A stretch of 64,000 nucleotides of DNA from Candidatus Omnitrophota bacterium. GTDB lineage: Bacteria > Omnitrophota > Gorgyraeia > Gygaellales > Profunditerraquicolaceae. Where the stretch lies: positions 11,807 to 75,806 of the forward strand of contig JAQURX010000009.1 in the NCBI GenBank assembly GCA_028715415.1, read 5' to 3'. The position numbers and the translations under genes were made by a program. A model generated the notes under the pieces. The model made no database searches. It worked only from the letters and a program-made list of their open reading frames with translations, and had not been told where the DNA came from. Below are positions 9,524 to 19,038 of this stretch, piece after piece (the first letter of the stretch is position 1; each line of letters starts with the position of its first letter).

Positions 9524-9867
9524 TTTCTTGCAGCAGTGCGGTATGCATCAAGTATGCTATATATCCCTGCCATTGCACAAATAGTTAAACCAAGCAAAAA
9601 CAAAACAACACCAGTAACTAGAATTTTTAAACCCAGAATCTTTCCCAAAAGAAGAAACGCAATAAGAATACTGCCGGAAACCAAAAACATAATACCAATA
9701 GCAGAAATCATCATAATCAAAATACCTTTAAAGATTTGCCCATTATAAATCTGCCCTAAGCCGCTAAATATAAAAGAGAGAACTGCTACTAATCCGGGGT
9801 TTGTCCTTATGTTTTCATTACACATTTTCTTTAACCTCCTCTTTTGACTCAATCTGCTTTCTCTCAA
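9520..9867 (-). CDS. small membrane protein; start is possibly internal
   Basis: 115 aa with two or three TM helices and a GLGQIYNGQ motif. The annotated N-terminus overlaps the rmuC 3' end by 50 nt, so an internal Met is the likelier start. Confidence 0.45.
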   Translation of the reverse strand: MRESRLSQKRRLKKMCNENIRTNPGLVAVLSFIFSGLGQIYNGQIFKGILIMMISAIGIMFLVSGSILIAFLLLGKILGLKILVTGVVLFLLGLTICAMAGIYSILDAYRTAARK

Positions 9868-10804
9868 CCGTTGATATGATTTTATCGCTTAGCTGGGTAA
9901 GCTTAGTCCTTGCGTCATTATATTTCTTTGCTGCGTTGGTTAAATGACCGCCTACCAGGTCAAAATCTTCCTGAAATTTATTAATATCAACGCGCAGGCT
10001 CCCAAGCTCTGAGAATATTTTCTGAATATCGCGCTGGATATTTATTCCGCGCAAACCGTAAAGAATAGCCTGCAAATACGCGTAGAAAGTATTTGGAGAA
10101 ACAAAAACTACCTTTTTAGATTTTGAATATATGCTAAGCTCTTCATCCTTAGAAATATGATAGTAGACAGCTTCTGCCGGGATATACATAAGCGCAAAAT
10201 CAAACGTCCCTTCATCCGGAAGGATATATTTTGAGGCTACTTCATCAATGCGGTTTTTTACATCACGCAAAAATACCCGGTTCGTTAGCTTACGCTCCTC
10301 ATCAGTAACAGCATCTTGAAACTTACGAAAATTTTCCAAAGGGAATTTTGCATCAATTGAAATAATGTTTTTCCCTATGATAATGGCAGCATCCACAATA
10401 TCGCCGCTTTTAAATCTATGCTGGAGCTTTATGTTTTCTTTAGGCAGGATATCTTCTAGTAATTTACCAAGCAGAGTCTCCCCCATCTCACCTCTAAATT
10501 TAGGGGCGCGCAAAAGATCCTGCAAGCTGGTTATATCTTTGCTAATTTCGTAAATCTGCTTGTGGGTTTCTTCAAGGCGGCCTAAACTTTTTTGCACATC
10601 ACCAAAAACTTTTGTCGCAGAGTCCAGCCTTTCGCCGACTGTGCGATTCGCAACTGCCAAGGCGTCAGAGGTATCTTTCAGCCTCTGATTAAGCTGGTTA
10701 TTCATAGAGCTAAGCTGTGAATTCACTTGCTGGGAAATCTTCATCACAAGGAATACAACTACAGTTAGCCCTAAAGCAAATATTACCACAATTATCCAAA
10801 TCAT
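9818..10804 (-). CDS. rmuC: DNA recombination protein RmuC
   Basis: 328 aa; N-terminal TM helix, coiled coil, RmuC nuclease-like C-terminus. Confidence 0.75.
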   Translation of the reverse strand: MIWIIVVIFALGLTVVVFLVMKISQQVNSQLSSMNNQLNQRLKDTSDALAVANRTVGERLDSATKVFGDVQKSLGRLEETHKQIYEISKDITSLQDLLRAPKFRGEMGETLLGKLLEDILPKENIKLQHRFKSGDIVDAAIIIGKNIISIDAKFPLENFRKFQDAVTDEERKLTNRVFLRDVKNRIDEVASKYILPDEGTFDFALMYIPAEAVYYHISKDEELSIYSKSKKVVFVSPNTFYAYLQAILYGLRGINIQRDIQKIFSELGSLRVDINKFQEDFDLVGGHLTNAAKKYNDARTKLTQLSDKIISTVERKQIESKEEVKENV

Positions 10805-10834
10805 GGGCTTATTATACCACCGAGCTAATCGTTC

Positions 10835-11554
10835 TTAAAGCAAATAATCTTTCTTTATGCGCTTAATTGACCGGAAGATGTTTTTCTTTACATCGGGGCA
10901 GACTTTTTGCAGGTCAGCGATAATACGGGCTATCTTTGTGCGGCTTGAAGTGTGGTAATTCGGGCAGATGCAGTCAAAAGTAGAAATCTTTGCGTCTTCT
11001 ATAAATCGCCTTACCTGGCGCTCTTCAACATAGGCAAGCGGACGGATTAAGGTAATTTTTCCTTTAAATAATTCCTGCTTTGGCGCCATTGCGGAAATTT
11101 CACCCTGAAAAAATAAGTTTAAGAGAATAGTCTGGATAATGTCGTCAAAATGATGCCCCAAGGCAATCTTATTAAAACCAAATTTATCTGCCTGCTCAAA
11201 TAAAGCCTTTCTTCTATTCCATGAGCACCAAAAACAGTTTATATCTTTCTTCTTAGTCTTTTTCAAGACATCAACTTTTTCAATATGATATTTAACGCCG
11301 ATTTTCTTAAAATATTTCTCAAGCGCCTTTGCACAGGACTTAGGATAACCCTGGTCTATATGCAGCGCCATTAAATCATACTTAACCGGGACAAAGCTCA
11401 TCCTATCCTGCATCACTTTTAACAGTGTCAGACTGTCTTTGCCACCGGAGACAGCAACAGCAATCTTATCGCCATCCTGGATCATATCATAATCCCCGAT
11501 AGCCTTGCCTATTTTATTAGAAATATAATATTCCGAACCTTTAATGTTTGACAT
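10835..11554 (-). CDS. PP-loop ATP pyrophosphatase, TtcA/TilS-like tRNA thiolation family
   Basis: 239 aa; SGGKDS PP-loop motif and CFWCS cysteines. Confidence 0.7.
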   Translation of the reverse strand: MSNIKGSEYYISNKIGKAIGDYDMIQDGDKIAVAVSGGKDSLTLLKVMQDRMSFVPVKYDLMALHIDQGYPKSCAKALEKYFKKIGVKYHIEKVDVLKKTKKKDINCFWCSWNRRKALFEQADKFGFNKIALGHHFDDIIQTILLNLFFQGEISAMAPKQELFKGKITLIRPLAYVEERQVRRFIEDAKISTFDCICPNYHTSSRTKIARIIADLQKVCPDVKKNIFRSIKRIKKDYLL

Positions 11555-11602
11555 AGTGGTTAATTATACTCTCCAAACTCAAAATTCTCAATTATTATCT
11601 CT

Positions 11603-11746
11603 TTGCGTCTGCCTTTGCTTGCTTCTCGCAGGGACGTTCGCCAGCCCCAGCGTGGCTGGCTCACTCTCGAAAATTCTCGCTCTGCCTACATTCTATTTAG
11701 CGGGGCAACCTTGCCCGCTCGAATTTCCGGAAGCCCTGCTGCGAAC
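11603..11746. other. 144-nt GC-rich element closed by a roughly 20-bp stem with two internal hairpins
   Basis: CCTTTGCTTGCTTCTCGCAGGG (11603-11624) pairs with CCCTGCTGCGAACCAAGCAAAGG (11724-11746), with two mismatches and one bulge. Internal hairpins are GCCAGCC/GGCTGGC and GCGGGGCAA/TTGCCCGC. Confidence 0.45.
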
Positions 11747-11780
11747 CAAGCAAAGGCATCCGCTAAATCTCTTGCAATAC

Positions 11781-11813
11781 CAAACAAAAACCCCAAGCGT
11801 TTTTAGTGCTTGG
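11781..11813 (-). terminator. rho-independent terminator-like hairpin (minus strand)
   Basis: Minus strand reads CCAAGCACUAAAAACGCUUGG followed by GGUUUUUGUUUGG. Confidence 0.5.
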
Positions 11814-11823
11814 AGTAGTAAAA

Positions 11824-11848
11824 ACCAGAACCGTCCCTATTATTTTTA
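11824..11848 (-). repeat. degenerate third copy of the REP-like motif
   Basis: Minus strand AAATAATAGGGACGGTTCTGGTTTTT compared with AAATAAAGGGGACGGTTCTATTTTT at 40148-40172 and 42088-42112. Confidence 0.6.
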
Positions 11849-11850
11849 AA

Positions 11851-12079
11851 TGAATCTGGCGGCTTTTCGAGCGAATGTCGATTTTAGGCAAAGCAGCTTG
11901 AGCATTGAGGGAATCCCGATGCCGCGACCGACAGGGCGCGGCAATATCGGGATGGCGATGCTGTTCGAGCGCCGAGTGAGAGCACGAGGCGCGAGTTCAG
12001 CAGCCACCGAAATGCGAAAGACCTTTGGCGGCCCCGAAGGGGCAAAATCTACCTTGAGCGAGAAAAGACGGCAGATTCA
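11851..12079. mobile_element. 229-bp MITE-like nonautonomous element with imperfect 18-bp terminal inverted repeats, flanked by a TTAAA direct repeat
   Basis: The left end TGAATCTGGCGGCTTTTC is an inverted repeat of the right end GAAAAGACGGCAGATTCA (16/18 match). Flanking TTAAA sits at 11846-11850 and 12080-12084. About 57% GC. Inserted exactly at the malQ stop codon. Confidence 0.55.
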
Positions 12080-13909
12080 TTAAACCCTATTCGAATCAAC
12101 AACCATCTTCTTGATTTCGCCGGTAACGTGGTGCCGGAGCAAATCATCCAATGAAATCGGAAGGCGCATGGACCAGTTTTTATTGCTGATAATTCCCGGA
12201 GTATTAATCCTGTATTGGTAGGGGTCGCCCTTAAAGATTCCCGCAATACTTAGCCAGTCTGTAATTAACTGGATACAAAATATTGCCTGGGATTCTAAGG
12301 TAAAGTTTAAAGCAGCATAAATTAATTCATTACCGGCATCTTCCTGCATCTTTCCCGGCATCTCTAAAATGCTCCAGAGCTTTTCTTTCTCCTGATAAGT
12401 ATCAAGATATAAACTTATAAAATCCCCCACCTTCTCTCTCGGCTTAGCTAGTACATGCAAAAGCGCATCTACTGAATCAATGCTATCAAGCCAGCGCAGC
12501 CTTCCATGACAAGATAGATTTAAATCAAAAAGATTATCCCTTGCATAACTAAAATCAATCCCTCTGTCATTACATTTTCTTACGAATAATGCTTCATCAA
12601 CTGTGCCTGCCTCATATTTCCACCAAGCTGACCAGTTTGTCGTATCATGCGTTGAAAGCATGGCAACTGAAAGCGCCCTGTAGTCTTGCGGCATAAGAAA
12701 ATCGTGTTTAACACTCCAATCCTTTACCCAGCGCTGCACATCATTTCCGGGAATTCCTAATTCTTTCAATGTGTCAGTGCAACACTTTGGTATTGTCCCT
12801 AAATCTTCGGCGCACAAAGCCATCTTGCTTGAATCGAGCATCACATTTAGAATCTTCTTGCCCTGCCCGCACCATTTACTCTCATCACTCGGGTCAAAAG
12901 ATCCATGCAAACCCTGATTTTCTTTTGGATCATTATAAGGAATACTCCAAATCCTAAATAAACCAACCACGTGGTCAATCCTTAAAATGTCATAAAAATT
13001 CTCAGCGTATTTTAACCTTTCTTTAAGATACCTAAAACCATCCTGTTCAATCTTTTCCCAATTATAAGTCGGCATCCCCCAACGCTGGCCCTTTGCGCAA
13101 TACATATCAGGCGGAGCGCCTGCTGCAAAATCAAGCTTAAAAAAATGCGGCTGCTGCCAGACATCAGCGCTGTCGCGGGAAACCAAGATCGGGAGGTCGC
13201 CCTTTATAAGAATATTCTTTAAGGCAGCATAATCTTTTAAATCCTGGAATTGCTCAAAAAGAATCCACTGCAGCCACATCTGAAAAGTAATTTCTTTTTC
13301 ATGGGCTTTATAAAAACTATCCAACGACTCTTTATTCCTATCTCTGTAACCCGGATCCCAATCATACCAAGCGCTTTCGCCGTGACTACTCTTTAATGCT
13401 TTATAAAGCGCGAAATCAAAAAGCCAATAGGAATTTGCTTCCTGAAATTTATTAAATTTCACGGCATCCATAACTCCATTTATAGAAAAAATCTCCCAGA
13501 GTAAATCTAATTTCTCCTTCTTTACCCCGTAATCTACATTGGAAGTTGTGGAAGGAAAATTTTTTGAAAGTGCATCTATTCTCGCAAGGATTGTTTTATT
13601 TTTAGGAAGGAATTTATCCTTAAGGCAAATATACGAAGGCTCCAAAGCAAAGGAGCTTACCGAATCATAAGGGCAGAATACTCCCCCTAACTCATTCATC
13701 GGCAAGAGTTGAATAATTGAATTACCGGATTTAGCTGCCCAGTCAACTAGGAGCTTTAAATCATTAAGGTCGCCAATGCCTTGGCTTTGTTTTGAACAAA
13801 GCGAGAAAATCGGGGCTACAACTCCCACTCTCTTACTTAAACCAATCTTCTTCCACTTTTCCTGTGATTTTGTGGCAAGAAGATACTCATATTTAGTCTC
13901 TTGCGTCAT
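12080..13909 (-). CDS. malQ: 4-alpha-glucanotransferase (amylomaltase, GH77)
   Basis: 609 aa; QLLPMNE...PYDSVSSFALEP matches the GH77 N-terminal signature. Confidence 0.8.
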   Translation of the reverse strand: MTQETKYEYLLATKSQEKWKKIGLSKRVGVVAPIFSLCSKQSQGIGDLNDLKLLVDWAAKSGNSIIQLLPMNELGGVFCPYDSVSSFALEPSYICLKDKFLPKNKTILARIDALSKNFPSTTSNVDYGVKKEKLDLLWEIFSINGVMDAVKFNKFQEANSYWLFDFALYKALKSSHGESAWYDWDPGYRDRNKESLDSFYKAHEKEITFQMWLQWILFEQFQDLKDYAALKNILIKGDLPILVSRDSADVWQQPHFFKLDFAAGAPPDMYCAKGQRWGMPTYNWEKIEQDGFRYLKERLKYAENFYDILRIDHVVGLFRIWSIPYNDPKENQGLHGSFDPSDESKWCGQGKKILNVMLDSSKMALCAEDLGTIPKCCTDTLKELGIPGNDVQRWVKDWSVKHDFLMPQDYRALSVAMLSTHDTTNWSAWWKYEAGTVDEALFVRKCNDRGIDFSYARDNLFDLNLSCHGRLRWLDSIDSVDALLHVLAKPREKVGDFISLYLDTYQEKEKLWSILEMPGKMQEDAGNELIYAALNFTLESQAIFCIQLITDWLSIAGIFKGDPYQYRINTPGIISNKNWSMRLPISLDDLLRHHVTGEIKKMVVDSNRV

Positions 13910-13917
13910 CTTTTAAA

Positions 13918-14727
13918 TTAGTGCATAAAAAACGTAGCAATTATTTTATCTGCGTAGAATATTGAAATGACTGCCGCTATTGACAAAAATGGGCCATAAG
14001 GAATAGTATGGTCTTTTTTTAACAAAAGATTATAGACGCCAATTATTATCCCTAAGAAAGGCGCTAAGAAGAAGGTAATCAAAGCTAATTTCCATCCAAG
14101 GAAAGCGCCGATCATCGCTAAAAGCTTCACATCTCCCCCGCCCATAGACTCTGTTTCACCCTGAATAGGGGGTTTCTTTAAAAGCTTAAAATAGACTACG
14201 TCAAAAAGAAAACCGGTTAAATAAATAATACCGCCTCCTATAATAATACCCAAAAGAGAATTACGCAGGGGCGCCCAACTCCAAGTAAGTGGCGCAAGCG
14301 AAAAACCTTTAACCGAACTTAATATAAAACCGATAATTATCCCTCCGACAGAGATTTCATCAGGGATTATACGGTGTTTTATATCTACGAATGTCGCGAT
14401 AATCAAAGCACAGACAAAGATTGAATAAAAAAAGAACTCATAACTTAAGCCATGGATATTATAAAAAGTTAAAAAGGTTGCAGCACTTAGCAGCTCTACT
14501 AATGGATAACGCAAAGAAATTCTCTTTTTGCAAAACCGGCATTTGCCGCCTAAAAACAAGAAGCTTAAGAATGGGATATTATCGTACCCGGGGATTCTCT
14601 TCTTGCACTGAGGGCAATGCGAACGCGGCCAAACAACCGATTCACCAAGCGGCATACGATGGATACATACATTTAAGAAGCTTCCGATAATTGAGCCAAA
14701 AAGGAAAACAACTATTTTTGCTATCAT
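13918..14727 (-). CDS. pilD: prepilin peptidase (A24 family)
   Basis: 269 aa; N-terminal Zn-finger cysteines (CPQC...CRFC) and a polytopic membrane domain. Confidence 0.8.
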   Translation of the reverse strand: MIAKIVVFLFGSIIGSFLNVCIHRMPLGESVVWPRSHCPQCKKRIPGYDNIPFLSFLFLGGKCRFCKKRISLRYPLVELLSAATFLTFYNIHGLSYEFFFYSIFVCALIIATFVDIKHRIIPDEISVGGIIIGFILSSVKGFSLAPLTWSWAPLRNSLLGIIIGGGIIYLTGFLFDVVYFKLLKKPPIQGETESMGGGDVKLLAMIGAFLGWKLALITFFLAPFLGIIIGVYNLLLKKDHTIPYGPFLSIAAVISIFYADKIIATFFMH

Positions 14728-15575
14728 AATTTCTTAACTCCTTCTTCTAAAGCTGCTCTCATTATTTCGACTGGGGCCTTGCCTTCAGTCCAAATCTCAA
14801 AAGCAGCTACTCCTTGGTATAAAAGCATCCCTAACCCGTTAGAAAATCTTGCGCCCTTTTCCTTAGCAAGCTTTAATAATTTTGTTTCTTTAGGATTATA
14901 GATTACATCGTAAACCAATAAATCTTTATGGATAAGCTCCTCTCTAACAAGACAAGGATCATTCTCCCTCATCCCTATAGGTGTCGTATTAACCAATAAA
15001 TCACATTCCTTTATGCCAAGGCTATCTATCGAAGAAGCTGAATTTATCTTAATTGCCTTAAAATTATTTCTTAGTTGGCTGACTAAAGCGTCCATTTTTT
15101 TACTGTCAATATCAAAGATTGAAATCGATTTTACTTTTGCATTTGCCAAAGAAACTGTAACTGCCTTTGCTGCGCCTCCTGCGCCGATAATACAAACCGA
15201 TTTTCCTTGAGGAGAGAACTTTAAGTCTTTTGTAAGATGCATAATAAATCCCGGGGCATCAGTATTAAAGCCTGCTAATTTATTTCCTGAAACTTTGATT
15301 GTATTGACCGCACCAATTAATTTTGCTTCATCGGACAACAAACTTAAGAAAGGGATTATTTGTTCCTTATAAGGCACAGTAATATTAAGCCCGGAAATAT
15401 TGATCTTGTTTAACTCCGAGATAAATTTTTTTATTTCTTCCGGTTTTAGTTCAAATAATTGATATTCTGCATTTATTTTTAATGCCTTAAAAGCGGCATT
15501 ATGCATGGCAGGAGACAAGCTGTGTTTTACAGGATTTCCTATTAATCCGTAAATTTGTTTATCTTGCGGGGTCAT
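14724..15575 (-). CDS. aroE: shikimate dehydrogenase
   Basis: 283 aa; GLIGNPVKHSLSP...NVTVPYK and IGAGGAAKA Rossmann motif. Confidence 0.85.
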   Translation of the reverse strand: MTPQDKQIYGLIGNPVKHSLSPAMHNAAFKALKINAEYQLFELKPEEIKKFISELNKINISGLNITVPYKEQIIPFLSLLSDEAKLIGAVNTIKVSGNKLAGFNTDAPGFIMHLTKDLKFSPQGKSVCIIGAGGAAKAVTVSLANAKVKSISIFDIDSKKMDALVSQLRNNFKAIKINSASSIDSLGIKECDLLVNTTPIGMRENDPCLVREELIHKDLLVYDVIYNPKETKLLKLAKEKGARFSNGLGMLLYQGVAAFEIWTEGKAPVEIMRAALEEGVKKL

Positions 15576-16021
15576 TTTTTAAAGATGACTTGGTATAAAC
15601 TACTCCAATGAGAATCTTGGTACATAAGAAAAGGCTGTGGATAGAGTGAAATTAATTCACTGGTTATTTCATCTTCGGTTAACTGCCTCATTTTATTGGG
15701 AAGCCCCGGCTTACCTGCGGGCTCTTTAGGAAATAAACCGTACATCAAATTCCAAAACTGGCTCCATTCTTCTCTTGTAAAATCAGTAAATGGTTCTCCG
15801 AAATAGGATTGCAACTCGGATTCCCTTTCACTAAATGCTACCGGTCGTTTTCTTTCAAGGTTTGGATTTGCTTTCGCAAAAAAATTATCAAAATTAATTT
15901 TCGCTTTCTCAAGGCTAAATCCGCCCTTATCTTTTAAAACTCCTTGAAATTTAAAGATTAAAAAAAGGGAAACAAAACCAAAAATAAGAAAAAGCTTTAT
16001 TCCAATTTTTTTAGACAGCAT
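15572..16021 (-). CDS. hypothetical membrane-anchored protein
   Basis: 149 aa, N-terminal TM helix, no motif recognised. Confidence 0.4.
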   Translation of the reverse strand: MLSKKIGIKLFLIFGFVSLFLIFKFQGVLKDKGGFSLEKAKINFDNFFAKANPNLERKRPVAFSERESELQSYFGEPFTDFTREEWSQFWNLMYGLFPKEPAGKPGLPNKMRQLTEDEITSELISLYPQPFLMYQDSHWSSLYQVIFKK

Positions 16022-17513
16022 ATTTATTGACTGCGTTTAGGTAAGCCAAAATAGAAGCCTCAATTATATCGGTACTTGACCCTCTGCCAGAGAATTCTTT
16101 ATTCTTTATTTTAACACGGAGATTTACCTCGCCGATTGCGTCTTTTCCTCTTGTAACTGCTTCAAGTCGGTAATCAAGCAACTCTCCTTTTATTCCGGCA
16201 ATTTTATCAGCAGCCTTAAAACAAGCATCCACCGGACCGTCTCCAGAAGAAGAGCCTTCCATAATCTTGCCTTTTTTCTTTAGCTTTACTATTGCCTGAG
16301 GAGAAAGGTCGGTACCGGAGTCAACACGGAAGCTATTTAATTGCCAAAGAGGCTTTATTACTCTAATCTCCTCTTCAACTATTGTAATTAAATCGTCATC
16401 AAATATATTCTTCTTTTTATCAGCTAGCAGTTTAAAACGTTCAAAGGCCCGTTCAAGCTGAGTATCGGAAAGCTTAAAACCAAGAGCCTTTAATCTCTCG
16501 TTAAACGCATGCCTTCCGGAATGTTTCCCTAAAACCAAGCCTTCTCCATAGAAACCAACGTCTTCCGGACGGATAATTTCATAAGTAGAGCGTTCTTTAA
16601 GGACTCCATCCTGATGTATACCTGATTCATGCCGAAAAGCATTTGTTCCGACGATTGCCTTGTTAGGGGCGATAACAAAACCTGTAAGCTTGCTAACCAA
16701 ACGCGAAGTCTTATAAATTTCTTTTTTATTTATGTTCGTAGTCAGGCCAGAAAAGATATCTTTGCGGGTTGCAATTGCCATTACAATCTCTTCCATGGAA
16801 GCATTTCCCGCGCGCTCTCCTATCCCATTAACCGTGCATTCAACCTGGCGCGCCCCATTCTTTATTGCCTCCAAAGAATTTGCAACCCCTAACCCTAAAT
16901 CATTATGGCAATGCACTGAAATAACCGCATTGTCAATATTCGGGACATTCTCTTTTATCGCAGAAATCAATGAGCCGTATTCCTGAGGCTCAGTGTATCC
17001 AACAGTATCAGGGATATTAACCGTTGTCGCTCCGGCAGCAATAACAGCCTCCACAACCTTAAAAAGAAATTCTCTTTCCGTGCGGGAAGCGTCTTCCGGA
17101 GAAAACTCTACATCAAAACATTTTTTCTTTGCGTATTTAACAGAATTGATAGCAAGGCGCAAAATCTCATCCTCGGCCTTCTTCAACTTATACTTCATAT
17201 GTATCTTAGAAGTTGCCAAGAAAACATGCACACGCGGATGCCTGGCGTATTTAACCGCCTGACAGGCTGCGTCTATATCACTATTAATGGCTCTTGCCAA
17301 ACCGCAAATAATAGAACCCTTAATTGATTTTGCAACTGCCTTAACCGCCTCAAAATCTCCTTTTGAAGAAATGGGAAAACCTGCCTCAATTACATCTACT
17401 CCAAGGCTTGCGAGCGCATATGCAATTTCCAGCTTCTCCGCTTGGTTAAGGGACGCACCCGGGGCTTGTTCTCCGTCGCGAAGCGTCGTATCAAATATTA
17501 ATATTTTTTCCAT
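16011..17513 (-). CDS. leuA: 2-isopropylmalate synthase / citramalate synthase family (LeuA/CimA)
   Basis: 500 aa; IFDTTLRDGEQ, HCHNDLG and the C-terminal LeuA regulatory domain. Confidence 0.8.
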   Translation of the reverse strand: MEKILIFDTTLRDGEQAPGASLNQAEKLEIAYALASLGVDVIEAGFPISSKGDFEAVKAVAKSIKGSIICGLARAINSDIDAACQAVKYARHPRVHVFLATSKIHMKYKLKKAEDEILRLAINSVKYAKKKCFDVEFSPEDASRTEREFLFKVVEAVIAAGATTVNIPDTVGYTEPQEYGSLISAIKENVPNIDNAVISVHCHNDLGLGVANSLEAIKNGARQVECTVNGIGERAGNASMEEIVMAIATRKDIFSGLTTNINKKEIYKTSRLVSKLTGFVIAPNKAIVGTNAFRHESGIHQDGVLKERSTYEIIRPEDVGFYGEGLVLGKHSGRHAFNERLKALGFKLSDTQLERAFERFKLLADKKKNIFDDDLITIVEEEIRVIKPLWQLNSFRVDSGTDLSPQAIVKLKKKGKIMEGSSSGDGPVDACFKAADKIAGIKGELLDYRLEAVTRGKDAIGEVNLRVKIKNKEFSGRGSSTDIIEASILAYLNAVNKYAV

Positions 17514-17555
17514 AGTTTATCCTGCAACCTGAAACCTGAAACTTGAAACTTATAA

Positions 17556-18548
17556 TTACTTCTTCATCCATGGCATCATTTCACGAAGTTGCTTTCCAAC
17601 CTTCTCAATCAGATGCTCATCGCCTGCTTTAATTAATTTATTAAAATTCGGCCTGCCTTCTTCATTTTCCTTAATCCACTCTTTGGCGAATTTGCCGGAT
17701 TTAATTTCTTTTAATATCTTTTTCATTTCTTTGCGGGTTCTTTCGGTAATTATTCTTGGGCCGCGGCTTAAATCTCCATAACAAGCTGTGTTTGAAACTC
17801 CACGCCTCATCCCGGAAATCCCTCTTTCCTGGATTAAGTCAGTAATTAGTTTTAACTCATGCAAAACTTCAAAATAAGCGATCTCCGGCTGATAACCTGC
17901 TTCAATCAAAGTATCAAAACCTGCCTTGATTAATTCAGAGGCTCCTCCGCAAAGAACAGCCTGCTCGCCAAACAAATCAGTTTCAGTTTCTTCTTCAAAT
18001 GTTGTTTCAATTACTCCCGCTGTAGTTGCTTTAATGCCTTTTGCATAAGCTAAAGCAATGTCAAGCGCTTTGCCGCTTGCATTCTGATAAACTGCAACTA
18101 GTGAAGGAACTCCTTTGCCCTCTTCATACATTTTACGCACCAATGCACCGGGTCCTTTAGGAGCAACCATAAAAACATCTACGTTTTTCGGAGGTTTAAT
18201 CTGTTTAAAACGAATATTAAACCCGTGCGAAAAACAAAGTGCTTTACCTTTTTTCAAATTTGGCTTGATGCTTTCATTATAAACCTTAGCCTGAACATGA
18301 TCCTGGGTTAAAATCTGGATAATGTCGGCTGCAGCAGCTGCCTCAGTTGCTGATACCGGTTTAAAACCATCCTTAATTGCCTGCTCAAAATTCGGAGTTC
18401 CGGGCATTTCAGAAACAATTACATTAAGGCCTGAATCACGTAAGCACAAACTTTGTCCCCGGCCTTGAATTCCATAACCAATAATTGCAATTTTCTTATC
18501 TTTTAATAAATTCAAATCCGCATCCTTGTCATAATAAATCTTTGCCAT
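17556..18548 (-). CDS. ilvC: ketol-acid reductoisomerase
   Basis: 330 aa; [21 protein letters not shown] matches the KARI N-terminus. Confidence 0.9.
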   Translation of the reverse strand: MAKIYYDKDADLNLLKDKKIAIIGYGIQGRGQSLCLRDSGLNVIVSEMPGTPNFEQAIKDGFKPVSATEAAAAADIIQILTQDHVQAKVYNESIKPNLKKGKALCFSHGFNIRFKQIKPPKNVDVFMVAPKGPGALVRKMYEEGKGVPSLVAVYQNASGKALDIALAYAKGIKATTAGVIETTFEEETETDLFGEQAVLCGGASELIKAGFDTLIEAGYQPEIAYFEVLHELKLITDLIQERGISGMRRGVSNTACYGDLSRGPRIITERTRKEMKKILKEIKSGKFAKEWIKENEEGRPNFNKLIKAGDEHLIEKVGKQLREMMPWMKK

Positions 18549-18564
18549 TTTTGTCTCTCCTTTT

Positions 18565-19038
18565 TTATCTTTCTATCGCAATCTTACCAGTTCTAATTAA
18601 TTCCTTAACACCAAATTTCGCTACTACAGTTAAAAGTGCTTGAATTTGTTCCTGCTCGCCAACTGCTTCAATAATCGCAACATTATTTTTAAATTGGATT
18701 ACTTTAGCGATATATTTTTTTAAAACAGCTTCCAATTTAGCCTTATCCTTCTGGGCACAGTTTACTTTAGCCAACACAAGCTCTCTCTCCACATGTTCTT
18801 TCTTGGTAAAATCCGTTATTGTGATAACATCAATAAGTTTATTTAACTGCTTTTTAATCTGCTCTAAAATCTGCTCATCTTTAGTGTCAACTACTATGGT
18901 CATATAAGAAATTGACGGATCAAGCGTTTCGCTGACTGCCAAAGAAGAAATATTATATCCTCGAGCGCTAAATAAACCTGAAATCCTGGCAAGGACTCCA
19001 AACTTATTCTCAACTAAAACCGAAATTGTATGTTTCAT
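18565..19038 (-). CDS. ilvN: acetolactate synthase small (regulatory) subunit
   Basis: 157 aa; [31 protein letters not shown] domain. Confidence 0.85.
   Translation of the reverse strand: MKHTISVLVENKFGVLARISGLFSARGYNISSLAVSETLDPSISYMTIVVDTKDEQILEQIKKQLNKLIDVITITDFTKKEHVERELVLAKVNCAQKDKAKLEAVLKKYIAKVIQFKNNVAIIEAVGEQEQIQALLTVVAKFGVKELIRTGKIAIER

Noticed and set aside
11560-12080. RNase P RNA, tmRNA, SRP RNA or 6S RNA as explanation for the GC-rich 520-nt intergenic region
   Set aside because: Hand search found none of the universally conserved motifs (GGAAAGUCCGG / ACAGNANCCGGCUUA for RNase P; tRNA-like GGUUCGANUCC 3' end and Ala-tag reading frame for tmRNA; GGAAGGAAGCAGC helix-8 motif for SRP). 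The region instead resolves into TIR-bounded and stem-closed repeat-like units.
11544-12083. Three plus-strand ORFs (101, 67 and 77 aa) in the GC-rich intergenic region, including one spanning the TIR element end to end
   Set aside because: No Shine-Dalgarno sequences. Arg/Ala-rich translations typical of GC-rich noncoding sequence. The 77-aa frame starts with the ATG formed by the first TIR bases and stops in the TTAA flank, so it is most likely a by-product of the element structure. A genuine small basic protein cannot be excluded.
12049-12246. 65-aa minus-strand ORF overlapping the malQ 3' end and the TIR element
   Set aside because: Out of frame within malQ coding sequence and runs into the repeat element; no support.
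17526-17552. CRISPR or other repeat array
   Set aside because: The only tandem repeats are four 7-nt units in an intercistronic spacer. No repeat-spacer periodicity of 25-40 nt anywhere in the window, and no cas genes.
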